This document shows positions 25,333 to 35,900 of a stretch of DNA of 64,000 nt, piece after piece (the stretch's first letter is position 1; every line of letters starts with the position of its first letter). Source of the stretch: Candidatus Poribacteria bacterium (GTDB lineage: Bacteria; Poribacteria; WGA-4E; PCPOR2b). The DNA lies in the NCBI GenBank assembly GCA_965223985.1, contig OZ245030.1, positions 1,810,964-1,874,963 on the forward strand. Direction: 5' to 3'. The notes under the pieces are model-generated. The model ran no database searches and was not told where the DNA came from. It saw only the letters and a program-made list of their open reading frames with translations. The position numbers and the translations under genes are program-made.

Positions 25333-26526
25333 TTGACAGGTAATTATCGACATCTACTTTTAGGGTTGTCGCTTTGTGTATTGTTGATATACTTTTCCGC
25401 TCTTGATATAGCAGCCCGTCCGGAGTTTGCAGCGCGGGAAAATAAGGATTGCAATTTCTGCCATATTGATCCGGCAGGCGGAGGTCCACGCAACACAGTC
25501 GGGCAAGTTTTTGAAGATAACTACTTTGAATTTCCCGAAGATTTCGATCCGGAATCATTAATGGCCGAGGCGAAAGAAATCGCGCAAAGGCTAACAACAG
25601 CGGTGGATATTCGCACCGCTTACATCAAGACGACCGATGTCGTTCACGAGGAGGAGATGCTTGCCAATTGCACTTCATGTCATTCATCCGTTGACAGCTT
25701 TTTGATGATGCAGGGAGAACTAACTGTCAACGCCAAGGCGTCTGAAAAACTCAGACTGACTTTGTCCAACAATTTAGGGGCAATGCTCAACGCTTTTGCG
25801 ACGGTCGATGCTATCCCGGAACGTCTCTACGTTAAAGTCGGCCAATTCCGTATTCCATTCGGCCTCAAACAAAAGGACCACAACATTCTCGTTCGGCAAG
25901 GGTACAACCTTGGATCGAATAAACGGGACGTTGGCGTTGAAGTGGGCGGGTCATACAACAAGTTATTCTATAACGCAGCCGTATTCAATGGTGGAAATGC
26001 AACGATATTCTCTGGTGGTCGCTCGTCTGATGTGGATGAAAACCAGCACAAGGCTTGGGTTGCAACTGTTGGTGGTAACGTTGGGTCACTAAGGGCGGGT
26101 GTTTCCTACCTTCTTAATAAATCACAAGAACTGCGCGACATGACCGTTGGAGCGTTTCTGACCGCGGCTCACAAAGACTTAGTCCTCGAAGGGGAATTCA
26201 ATTTTGGCGGCAGCTACAACGACAGTGAGGGTATCAGTTTCAAGGATCGGGATATTGACTCTAAAGGTTACTATTTCGGCGCCAAATATCGTTTGCGGCG
26301 GAGACTCGTATTGTCAGGTCGCTACGGTTTGTTTGATTTAAATCGAAGGATAGCAGGAGATGCGAAGCAGCGTGTTACCATCGCCGCACAATACACCTTT
26401 ATGAAAAGCGGTTCCCTCGAGTTACTTTATTGGCTCAACATTGAGAATAAAAACTCGACCGATAATAATTCGCGTCAACTTCGAGGAGTAGATCAGTTGA
26501 TTTTGATGTCACACTTTTGGTTTTAG
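25333..26526 (+). CDS. porin O/P-like outer-membrane beta-barrel with two N-terminal CxxCH motifs
   Basis: TTG start 9 nt after AAGGAG gives signal peptide MTGNYRHLLLGLSLCVLLIYFSALDIAA. CNFCH and CTSCH are the only four Cys residues. VGQFRIPFGLK is the porin O_P hallmark. Amphipathic strands run to the C-terminal HFWF. The ORF is open from 25246. Confidence 0.65.
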   Translation: MTGNYRHLLLGLSLCVLLIYFSALDIAARPEFAARENKDCNFCHIDPAGGGPRNTVGQVFEDNYFEFPEDFDPESLMAEAKEIAQRLTTAVDIRTAYIKTTDVVHEEEMLANCTSCHSSVDSFLMMQGELTVNAKASEKLRLTLSNNLGAMLNAFATVDAIPERLYVKVGQFRIPFGLKQKDHNILVRQGYNLGSNKRDVGVEVGGSYNKLFYNAAVFNGGNATIFSGGRSSDVDENQHKAWVATVGGNVGSLRAGVSYLLNKSQELRDMTVGAFLTAAHKDLVLEGEFNFGGSYNDSEGISFKDRDIDSKGYYFGAKYRLRRRLVLSGRYGLFDLNRRIAGDAKQRVTIAAQYTFMKSGSLELLYWLNIENKNSTDNNSRQLRGVDQLILMSHFWF

Positions 26527-26658
26527 TGATCTTTCAAGAAATCCACGGAGAGGATGTGTGAGCATCAGAACAATTTGTATAGAATCAACATAAGAATTAA
26601 GTATCATGTGCCATTACACTATTTTTTTTCAAAATTCAATGAAGGAAAGGATTTAACC

Positions 26659-26988
26659 ATGTCTGTTGCATTACGTATTCACAATCGTAGGCTAGAACTT
26701 AGGATGACGCAGACGCAGCTCGCAAAAAAGGCGAATCTGACGCCTGCAGCGATATCTCAGTTTGAGTCCGGCACGCGTAAGCCATCATTCGATACGCTTT
26801 CAAGTTTAGCCGATGCCTTAAAAGTAACTACGGACTATCTACTCGGCAAAAAGGAACAGAGCTACGAAGATCTATTAGCCGATCCGAAAGTCAGCGTTAT
26901 GTTTCGGGGCATCATGGAATTCCCAGAAAAAGATAAAGAGACGATGTTTGAATTTTACGAATTTCTCAAAACCAAGAATGAAAAATAG
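26659..26988 (+). CDS. XRE-family helix-turn-helix transcriptional regulator
   Basis: LRMTQTQLAKKANLTPAAISQFESGTRKPS HTH_3 motif. ATG at 26659 follows GAAGGAAAGG. The ORF is open from 26554. Confidence 0.85.
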   Translation: MSVALRIHNRRLELRMTQTQLAKKANLTPAAISQFESGTRKPSFDTLSSLADALKVTTDYLLGKKEQSYEDLLADPKVSVMFRGIMEFPEKDKETMFEFYEFLKTKNEK

Positions 26989-27008
26989 GGAAGCAAAGTA
27001 TTTGGGTA

Positions 27009-27848
27009 TTGAAGATGGCTGGACGAAATTCCCTAAACTGGTCTACCGCCACACAAGGTTCATCACCCAAATCTCGTCATCCTGCTGAATGTGCCCGTCG
27101 CTTACTACAAGAGTTAAATAGTCAATCTATCCCAATCCAACCCCGAAACATTGCGAAACAACTTGAGATTGTCATCTGGGAACGGGAGATGGAAAGTCAA
27201 TATGACGGCTGCCTGATGCGGGTCGGGGATGTTTGGGGTATCCTAATCAACAGCCTGATTCAATCTCAATCCCGAAAAAGGTTTACAATTGCTCACGAAT
27301 TGGGGCATTATCACTTGGATCGGGAGGAAACGGGGAAGCGGCTCTGTCATGGGGGTGAACTAGGCTTCTTAAACACACGCGGACCGGAAGAGCAGCGCGC
27401 TAACCAGTTTGCCGTTGAGTTATTGATGCCATCCCCATTTTTTCAGGATGACGCCGAGAAACTGCCGAACGTCGGGCTGTCCGCAATAGATACACTCTCC
27501 GCCCGGTATGCGACTTCCCTCACAAGCACGGCAATTCGCTACACCCGCTCGAGCCAACATATCTGTGCAATCGTGTTCTCCAAGAATCGACACATTAAGT
27601 ATTTCGCGTATTCAAATGACTTCCGCCGAAATGGCGACTGTTATCTTGTTAAAGACAAGCCGCTTCACCCGGAGGTGTTGGCATGGCACCTTGCTGAAAG
27701 TTCTCTTAATGAAATTAGGGACAAGAGGGGGAAGGTACCGCTGTCATGGTGGTGTTCCACAAAATCAGACCGGATGATAATTGAGCATTCTCGCTGCCTG
27801 CCCCGCATAAACCAAGTTGTTTCATTCCTTTGGATACCGGAGAGGTAA
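27009..27848 (+). CDS. ImmA/IrrE-family zinc metallopeptidase (COG2856/DUF955)
   Basis: FTIAHELGHYHLD (HExxH) followed by ANQFAVELLMP. Directly downstream of the XRE gene. Confidence 0.8.
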   Translation: MKMAGRNSLNWSTATQGSSPKSRHPAECARRLLQELNSQSIPIQPRNIAKQLEIVIWEREMESQYDGCLMRVGDVWGILINSLIQSQSRKRFTIAHELGHYHLDREETGKRLCHGGELGFLNTRGPEEQRANQFAVELLMPSPFFQDDAEKLPNVGLSAIDTLSARYATSLTSTAIRYTRSSQHICAIVFSKNRHIKYFAYSNDFRRNGDCYLVKDKPLHPEVLAWHLAESSLNEIRDKRGKVPLSWWCSTKSDRMIIEHSRCLPRINQVVSFLWIPER

Positions 27849-27858
27849 GACGAAATGT

Positions 27859-28698
27859 TCAGCTACACTGAGCAGTCGCGAGTTTCAAGGTGTTTTCTAA
27901 CAATATGGCGCGTGTCATTGGACCAACCCCGCCAGGCACGGGCGTAATGAACCCCGCCACTTCCTTGACGTTTTCATAGTCCACATCGCCGATGAGTCGA
28001 TTGTCATGCCGATTGATTCCCACATCAATTACGATTGCCCCTTCTTTAACCATGTCAGCCTTAATCATTTCGGGTTTGCCGGTCGCAACGACCAAAATGT
28101 CCGCGTTTCGCGTCTGATCAGTGAGATCCCGCGTACGCGAATGGCAGTATGTTACCGTCGCATTGCGGTTGAGTAAAATCAACCCCATCGGTTTCCCAAC
28201 AAGGCTGCTGCGCCCCACGCAAACTGCTTGTTTGCCTTCGATTTCTTCGCCCGTTGATTCGATGAGACGAACAATCCCTGCGGGCGTGCACGGCAGTACG
28301 CACTCTCGATTTATCATCAAGTTGCCCAAGTTCGCTGCGCCCAGACCATCAGTATCTTTTTCCGGTGCGATTGCGTCAATGACCGTCTGCCCATCAATCT
28401 GGTCGGGGACAGGCATCTGTGCGAGAATTGCATGTATTTCCTTACGGTCATTCAACGCTTGTATCTGGTCAATTACCTCTTCTTCAGTTGTTGCTTGGCT
28501 CATGCGATAAACTTCCGAATGAAAATGGACACGCTCACAGTCCTTCCGTTTGTAATTGACATAAACCGTTGAAGCCGGATCGTTGCCGACTTGAACCACT
28601 GCAATCCCGGGCGTGAATTTGAGTTTTTTCACTCGGCGTCGTGTTTCGCTGCGTATCAATTTGGCGAGCCGGTTCCCGTCAATTATCTCTGCTGGCAT
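27859..28698 (-). CDS. folD: bifunctional methylenetetrahydrofolate dehydrogenase/methenyl-THF cyclohydrolase
   Basis: 279 aa. IIDG...LA..I, PGIAVVQVGNDPASTVYV..K, TPAGI, VGRSSLVGKPM and PVPGGVGPMT are canonical FolD blocks. Confidence 0.9.
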   Translation of the reverse strand: MPAEIIDGNRLAKLIRSETRRRVKKLKFTPGIAVVQVGNDPASTVYVNYKRKDCERVHFHSEVYRMSQATTEEEVIDQIQALNDRKEIHAILAQMPVPDQIDGQTVIDAIAPEKDTDGLGAANLGNLMINRECVLPCTPAGIVRLIESTGEEIEGKQAVCVGRSSLVGKPMGLILLNRNATVTYCHSRTRDLTDQTRNADILVVATGKPEMIKADMVKEGAIVIDVGINRHDNRLIGDVDYENVKEVAGFITPVPGGVGPMTRAILLENTLKLATAQCS

Positions 28699-29037
28699 TT
28701 TTTTATGTCTATCTCCTCATTCATCGGTATAACATAGACAAACCCCATAAACCTCAATTCTTGTATTCGTATGAAAATATCTACAATTATATCACATTCA
28801 ATATTCTTTCATCTATTACTTTCCATTAAGCTGAACGCAAACGGTGTGCTAAGATCTCAAGAGCATTTTACACCTTGACATATCAGACATATTCTGGGAT
28901 AATCAAAACAACAACAGTCCAGAAAAATCCTCACGTCTGTCTTGCAACACGTTGTACAAAATCTCTTAGCGTTGTGCAATTTCGTGTCTTGTTGATAAAC
29001 AGCGCTTCGTCGGAATACTTGCAAATGAAAATGGGCT

Positions 29038-30252
29038 ATGAATATTCTCTTTCTATCTATCACGGTTCCTTTCCCACCCAACGATGGCGGACGCATCCGC
29101 ATATTGAACTTACTCAAGCAAATCTCATCCAAAAATCAGATTTCCTTTCTCGCACTGGAAACAACCCCAACTGACAGTGAAGGAATTGCCTATCTCCGCG
29201 ATTTGGGAATTGACGCCTATCTGGTTCAACAAGCCCCGAATTTGCCGCCATTGCGTCCGAACACGGCATTACGCGCCTTTATAGAAAGACAACCTATTAC
29301 CGTTGCTCGCTACTATTTTCCCGCATTCAAACAAAAATTGCACTCGTTATTGGCGCACAGTGACTTCGATCTGATTGACCACGAGTACCTTCATACGGCT
29401 CCATACCGTGTAAAGTCGGATTTGCCCACGTTGCTCACGGCGCACAATGTGGATTCCCATATTTGGTTTCGGTTATGCCAACAGACAGATAATCCCGTAC
29501 GAAAATTTCTATTCTGGACACAGAAACACCTCTTTGATCGATACGAACGCAGGATACTCCCAAATTTTGATGCGATTGCTTGCACCTCCGAAACCGATCG
29601 CGCTATACTCCAAAGCATCTGTCCTAATGTCACGATTGAGGTCATCCCCAATGGGGTGGACCTTGAGTTGTATCAACCAAACCATGCACTTGAAGAGGAA
29701 GCCTCTTTAGTTTTCACCGGCAGTATGGATTGGTATCCAAACGAGGATGCCGTAATCTATTTCGCGGATGAGATTTTTCCACTCATTAAAGCAAGGCAAG
29801 CAGATGTGAAATTTTACATCGTTGGACAGTATCCTACGAATCAAGTGCGAAAACTAGCAGAGCAACCGGGGATTATCGTTACCGGGCGCGTAGATGATCC
29901 CAAACCGTATATCGCACGTGCAACGGTATACGTCGCCCCCTTAAGGATTGGCAGCGGAACACGGCTGAAAATTCTTGAAGCGCTCGCGATGGAAAAAGCT
30001 GTTGTATCAACAACAATAGGTGAGGAAGGCTTAAATCTAATTGACGGTGAAGAAATAATCATCACCGATGAACCAATGCGCTTTGCCGATGCCGTCGTTC
30101 AACTCATTGGAGGTAAACAGATGCGACGGCAACTCGGGAAAAAAGGCTGGAAGCATGTCGAGGCTGATTACGATTGGCAGAGAATCGGCGAGAAATTGCA
30201 TCAGCTTTATGAATCAATCGTAACCAACCACTCGTACCAATACCACCTGTAG
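29038..30252 (+). CDS. GT4-family glycosyltransferase (glycosyl transferase group 1)
   Basis: GT-B layout. N-terminal PPNDGGRIR, C-terminal LRIGSGTRLKILEALAMEKAVVST..GEEGL (E-x7-E region). Confidence 0.85.
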   Translation: MNILFLSITVPFPPNDGGRIRILNLLKQISSKNQISFLALETTPTDSEGIAYLRDLGIDAYLVQQAPNLPPLRPNTALRAFIERQPITVARYYFPAFKQKLHSLLAHSDFDLIDHEYLHTAPYRVKSDLPTLLTAHNVDSHIWFRLCQQTDNPVRKFLFWTQKHLFDRYERRILPNFDAIACTSETDRAILQSICPNVTIEVIPNGVDLELYQPNHALEEEASLVFTGSMDWYPNEDAVIYFADEIFPLIKARQADVKFYIVGQYPTNQVRKLAEQPGIIVTGRVDDPKPYIARATVYVAPLRIGSGTRLKILEALAMEKAVVSTTIGEEGLNLIDGEEIIITDEPMRFADAVVQLIGGKQMRRQLGKKGWKHVEADYDWQRIGEKLHQLYESIVTNHSYQYHL

Positions 30253-30297
30253 TTTCAGATGAGACAATTTTGAGCACACACAAACGTGCTTGTCAGA

Positions 30298-31152
30298 CTA
30301 CTTACTATACCAGTTATGAATGACGTAAACCGGATCGGAAGTTTTCGCAAGCCGAATTGTAACGTTATTGGCATTCGCTGTGAACTCATTTCGTAGCGTA
30401 TTCGGAATATCCGCATTCATATCTGGATCGATTCGCAGCCATGTCAAATCCCAACGTAGATTCTTACTGTTTGCCACAATCACATGGGGATGTGCTGCAA
30501 CTAGCGAGACCCGCTGTAATCCCTCGTTTTTTCGTTCTAAAGTCAAGTCTGAAACCACAAAGTGAATCGTTTGGAAAACGTCCCGTATTTCAGCACGGTA
30601 AGCATACCGAGAAACCGACAGCATATCATCTAATCGGCCACCCTGATTCGCTAGTGATATCGACCGGGTTGAGCTTATTGCTTTAACCAGTTTTTTTGAA
30701 AACACTCCAAAACCGAAGCGCATGAGTTTCAAATTGCCAAGGAAGTGATCTGTTTCATAGCCATTCGACTGAGGCAGCCCGCCGTAGATGATTATCTGGG
30801 CGCGGTTGAATTCCTCAATCGCATAAGCCACTGCTAATTGTCCATCTGTATAATCCTTGTCAACCTGACCAATCCACTCGCGGACGACCCGCGTGCCATC
30901 TGCTTGGAATTGCTCGATGGTGCTGGTAGCCTGAACTCCATCCAGTGAATCGAGATCTCCGATGAGAACTGTTGGGGCAAACTGAGTGCCATAGGCCTGA
31001 TTGAAGTTGTGAAAAAACTGCAATCCTGCATCAGCGCAGATTAGAGGGCATTTGTTCTCCAACCCCCACTCGATTTCCCGCCTGTAGAATTCAGGATAGC
31101 GAAGGTCGTAATTGCCGTTCAGAAAGATTAAGACAGGTTTCGTATCGTGCAT
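30298..31152 (-). CDS. thiamine pyrophosphokinase-like protein (tentative)
   Basis: N-terminal VLIFLNG...PLICADAGLQFF...PTVLIGDLDSLDG resembles the TPK catalytic domain (IAADGG...GDFDS). The C-terminal 130 aa are unassigned. Confidence 0.45.
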   Translation of the reverse strand: MHDTKPVLIFLNGNYDLRYPEFYRREIEWGLENKCPLICADAGLQFFHNFNQAYGTQFAPTVLIGDLDSLDGVQATSTIEQFQADGTRVVREWIGQVDKDYTDGQLAVAYAIEEFNRAQIIIYGGLPQSNGYETDHFLGNLKLMRFGFGVFSKKLVKAISSTRSISLANQGGRLDDMLSVSRYAYRAEIRDVFQTIHFVVSDLTLERKNEGLQRVSLVAAHPHVIVANSKNLRWDLTWLRIDPDMNADIPNTLRNEFTANANNVTIRLAKTSDPVYVIHNWYSK

Positions 31153-31251
31153 CGTGAACCATTTTCTCTGCCGACTTACAAATACGATTGGGCATTACAG
31201 CCAAGAGACGCAAGAAAAGCCGATATAGTGGATTGGAGAGTTTCTGAAACC

Positions 31252-31352
31252 GATCAAGCGAACGGATAGTGCGGGCGATAGTTTTGTGAGTGAAGCCTAT
31301 CGCCTAAGAGTTCTATGAAGAACTATCGCCCTCACTATCCGTTCGGTTGATC
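31252..31352. repeat. palindromic intergenic repeat, copy 3
   Basis: 32-bp arms gatcaagcgaacggatagtgcgggcgatagtt / aactatcgccctcactatccgttcggttgatc (2 mismatches) around a 37-nt core. Confidence 0.85.
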
Positions 31353-31583
31353 CCTACAAATATTCACCGAAGGTGAGTATAGTATATCATATCTCGTCAT
31401 CAGTTCAAGTGGTCTTGTTCATTGGAACTAGCAGTCCTAAAGACTTAGGGCTACCTTAATTTCTGTCAATCGGATTTACACCGTCGCTCTCTGAATCTAG
31501 TGCGCCGCTAGAATTGTCCCTTAGATTTCCAACCGAAGTAGAGGGCTCCCACTTGGTTCGTCAGACATTGGAAGGGGAAAGGG

Positions 31584-32744
31584 TTGTTATACTGGGGTCG
31601 TAATTTGCGGTTATTAGCATGTGCTGTCTTTGGAACAGGCGTATTCTTCGGTATTCAGACGGCGCTTTTCTACAACTTTATCGTAGATCGGATCGGTATT
31701 GAATCCCTTGAATTGGGCTATATGGAATCGGTGCGAGAAGTTCCCGGCTTTCTCAACGCGCTCTTTACCGCCATCACAATCTATTTCGCGCCACCGATTC
31801 TCAGCGGGTTTGCCCTCATCGTCATGGGGTTTGGGATGGCAGCATACTCCCAGGCGAATGTATTCTTGGAAGTACTCATCTGCTCCTTCATATGGAGCAT
31901 CGGGTTTCACGCATGGCTCCCATTGCGCGGAGCAATGACGCTAGCCTACTCGGAGGGAACTGAAAAGGGAAAATGGCTTGGTCAACTGAGAAGCGTGGAA
32001 AGCTTTGCCACGTTAGGGGCAATCTTTCTGTGTTTGTTCTGTGTGGACACCTTAGAGTTTGAAGGACTGTTTAAAATTGGCGGCGGGATAGTTGCCATCG
32101 GTGGTGTTGTATTGATGTTCACTTCGCGTCAGTTGCAAGCCGAACGTGAGAATCGGCTTGTGCTACGGAAACGCTATTGGCTCTATTATCTGTTATCCTT
32201 CCTTCAAGGGTGCCGCAGGCAGATTTTCATTACGTTTGCGATTTTCGCGCTTGTCAAAGTGTACGGCACCGACAGAAGCATGATTATTAGACTGGTTCTG
32301 ATTAATCAGGTCGTCGTTCTAGTTGTTGCTCCAATTGCAGGTCGGCTCATTGACAAGCTTGGCGAACGCAAAATGTTGAGTGCTAGTTATTTCGGCTTGT
32401 TTTTCGTGTTCATTGGTTACGCAGTCCTAAAAAATGCAAATCACTTGTATTTTCTCTACTGTATTGATAATTTCTTGTTTATTGGGGGAATTGGGCTAAC
32501 CACCTACCTGAACAAAATCGCGCCGCAGAGCGATCTCAAGCCAACGCTTGCAATGGGGGTAACAATGAACCATGTTGCTGCGGTGGCTGTTCCGTTAATC
32601 GGCGGACTAGCATGGAAACAATTTGGCTATCAAATCATCTTCATAAGCGGTGCAATTTTCGTATTAATCTCGCTGATAGCCACACAATGGATTAAATCAG
32701 AACCGGTAGCTGTCGACGCGGAAGGGAAAGAGATTGTGGATTAG
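31584..32744 (+). CDS. MFS-type transporter
   Basis: 386 aa, about 11-12 TM helices, motif-A-like GRLIDKLGERKML loop. TTG start, so the N-terminus is uncertain. Confidence 0.7.
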   Translation: MLYWGRNLRLLACAVFGTGVFFGIQTALFYNFIVDRIGIESLELGYMESVREVPGFLNALFTAITIYFAPPILSGFALIVMGFGMAAYSQANVFLEVLICSFIWSIGFHAWLPLRGAMTLAYSEGTEKGKWLGQLRSVESFATLGAIFLCLFCVDTLEFEGLFKIGGGIVAIGGVVLMFTSRQLQAERENRLVLRKRYWLYYLLSFLQGCRRQIFITFAIFALVKVYGTDRSMIIRLVLINQVVVLVVAPIAGRLIDKLGERKMLSASYFGLFFVFIGYAVLKNANHLYFLYCIDNFLFIGGIGLTTYLNKIAPQSDLKPTLAMGVTMNHVAAVAVPLIGGLAWKQFGYQIIFISGAIFVLISLIATQWIKSEPVAVDAEGKEIVD

Positions 32745-32777
32745 GCATTATGCCGATTGCGGATTCTGTTTCAGAAG

Positions 32778-32933
32778 GATCAAGCGAACGAATAGTGAGT
32801 GATCAAAGAAGCGAATAGCGACTGCGATAGTTTTGTAGTTCTTCATAGAACTCTTAGGCGATAGGCTTCACTCACAAAACTATCGCGCTCCTTATTCAGT
32901 CGCTTGATCCCTCGTTATCCACTCGCTTGATCC
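32778..32933. repeat. palindromic intergenic repeat, copy 4 (nested double hairpin)
   Basis: Outer arms gatcaagcgaacgaatagtgagt / actcgcttgatcc and inner arms gatcaaagaagcgaatagcgactgcgatagtt / actatcgcgctccttattcagtcgcttgatc. The core is the exact reverse complement of the copy 3 core. Abuts the stop codon of the giant gene. Confidence 0.85.
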
Positions 32934-35900
32934 TCACTGAAATTCTCCACGCACCGTCACTGAACTCGCTATTGATAAGAAGTCTTGCCCCTCCTCGACA
33001 TGATCGTTGTTATAGCTGAGACCGAGGTTCAGATTCGCACTCAGGCGCGTGCTTAGGTTGTACCGTGTACGTAAAGTTGTCTCGTATCGTTCCGATCTCT
33101 CCTCCCGATTCGCCCCGCGTTTTTCCCGACGGATAACGGTCGAGAAGGTGTTCGTGAGATTCAGATCGTGCTTGAGGGGAATTCGACCGAGGATTGGTAT
33201 TGGAAGTCCCCCTTCTAAACGAAGGCGGTAATCAATGCTGAGATTCGGCGTGATGATTAGTGTAGAACCGCTAATACTGCTGCGTTCCTCATCTCGCATC
33301 GTCATGCGAACACCGAGCGTAGCCTTCGTTGACACCCCCAGCGATTGACTCCAACTGATGGAGGGTTCTTGGGAAACACTTTCGTTAATCGTCGTATTGA
33401 TGTTACTTTGTTCCCGCTGCGTATAGCGATGTCTTAACTGAAAGCTGGAGGTATTGCTGGCATTGAACAGCTTAATGTCTCCTTCATAGCTTGTGGATTG
33501 GTTGTCAGATGAAGTGCTTAGCGATTTCGTAAAACCGTTGTTGCGGGAGATGTTTGTGCCGAGCGACACCCGCGTCCATGGATCGACCGAGGCGCGTAAT
33601 CCGTAGCGATTTCTCTGCCGAGATTGGGTACGTTCCTCTGTGTCATCTGGTAGTTCCAGAATATCTCGAATTGAGGTTCCCGGAGGGAGTCGCTGAAGGG
33701 AGTCTTGCGTATCAAAACTTACATCAGCATTTAACGCAAGACTCTCCATACTTCTACGAAGTAGACTGAATTCTCCTTTACCCTGTTTGCCCTTCCTCTC
33801 CTTAAGTTTGCGCTCTAGTTCAGCTTTGTCTCGGGAAATCCAATCTCCTCTTTGGCTCTCCGCCTCTTCAATCATTTCCATATCAACATCCATACGTTCA
33901 AGTTGTTCGAGCTCGCGTTGTCGTTTCTCTTCGAGTTGTACCTCTTCTTCAAAGCTGTCGAGCGACCCTTGGCTTTCGCCCTCGTCAACCTCTTCGATAT
34001 CCGAATCTCGGAACAGCCATCCAAACCATACCCTTGGGCGCATGCTGAGGCCAAAGCGGATATTCGCGTTGATTCGGGCGTTCTTCTGATCGTGAAACCA
34101 GTTTTCACGAAAACTGATGCGATTGGTGATTGTCGGGCGCATACCAAAAAAATCGCGGTTCAAGCGCGGGTTCAGAGAAAGCCGATGTTCACGGCCGCCA
34201 ATGGTAAACTCCGGTTTGGGTTCGGTTGACTCCGGTTCGGTCGTCATCGTTAGGTCGGTTGTCGTTGGGGTTGTTTGGAACGGCGTTCCAAAACTAGCGG
34301 GACTGAATCCACTTGCGCCTTTGAGATTGTCATCGCGCCTTTCGAGTGTACGGCGAATCTCGTATGTCGGATTCAGGCTAAAACTTGCAACCGGACTGAT
34401 ATTGAGTGAGATCGAACCGCTGTCAAGCTTTTCATCTCGGTTACGACCGTAACCATAACCAGAAGATGAAAAGCTGCTACCGCCGGTTACTGTCGCTGTT
34501 GATGGATCGACCTCTACGTCTTCGTGTCGGTATTGCACATCAAGCCCAAATATTTGGCCGATGCCGTATTGGAAGGTGGAAGTATATAGATCGCTAATCT
34601 CAGTCCCCTGACGTTCGTTCCAGAAATTTTGTCGATTATACGCAAAACCTAAGGCAGGCGAGAATCGGTGCGGATTAAAGCGCGCGGACAAATCGCGGTT
34701 ATGCGTTCTGCTTTTCCCGCTTTGAAAGGAGCTAAACGATCCACGGCGGCTTTCCGTTTCAGATTCCTGTTCGCGGATGGAGTAGGTAATTGGCAGCCAG
34801 CGAAAGAGATGGAGATTGGCATCAACATTGTAGTCGTTACTAGTTGTGCTGAACCCTAAATCCTGTCGGCGTTGACGTCCTGTTTCTCCTGATGAACTTT
34901 CAAAATCTTTGTCTTGTCTCGCAAATCCTCCGCGGACACTGAGAATGGGACCAAGCTCGATGGACATGTTGGCGCGCCGCGCCCATCCCGACCGAACCAA
35001 TGGATTACTCAGGTGGATTTCGTTAACCCAAACTTCTCCACCAACCTCATATTCCGAATCGTTGCGAATGCCGACCAGAATTCCGCCGATGCTCTTAATC
35101 GAGAGTTGAGAACTGTTTGTCCCGCGGATGACAAACCCATCTGGATGACCATCGGTATTGTTTGAATCTGTTTGCTCCTCCATCTCTTCTCCGGGGCTGT
35201 CAGGCGAAACTTGCTCCTGTTGAGCGGGCAAGTCTAAATCTGGGTATTCATTCCGCTTCACGTCCTCCAAATCGATTTCAATCAACTCCCAACCTTCAAA
35301 ATCAATCACGCGAGTATATTCATAAAAGTCATTAAGATTTTCAAAGATATTCACCCCTTCCTCCGGCTGCTGTTTCGGATCATCAAAAGGATTCGATGAA
35401 TAAAAGGATGATCGGTAATTGGTGCGAATGCTCGGCGCCAAGCGCATCACAAATGTCGAGTGACTCTTATCGCCATAGATCCACAACTTGAGTTTGTCAT
35501 GTTTTGAGAAATCTTGTCCCTCACCTTGCCGGAGTCCCCGCAATTTCTGCGAAGTGACCCCGAAAGAACCCGGAAGTAAATTGTAGTTTAACGCCAGCGT
35601 TTGTTCGCGCTGCTCTTGCTGGAAACCAAAGACACTGCTGGATACGAAAGGATGGAGTTTCTTAAATGCCTTGTTGTCTTTAATCTGGTCGTAGGCGTCT
35701 TGATAATCATGAAAATTATAATTGTCTTTCGTGGCGACAGTAAACACTTCTGTTGTGTCGGTAACAACGTTGCCCTGCCGAGTTACAACGCCCTGTTGCC
35801 ATTGGTTTCCTACAAGCTCGATCGAAGCCCACTCGATAGTCCCATTAACAGTGCCGGGGTTATTCTTCCGCAACCAAAAACGGAGGTGTTGCACAAACCC

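Noticed and set aside
9871-32933. CRISPR array interpretation of the palindromic repeats
   Set aside because: The copies are kilobases apart and not regularly spaced, differ in length (75-155 bp), and have no cas genes nearby. They are dispersed palindromes, not a repeat-spacer array.
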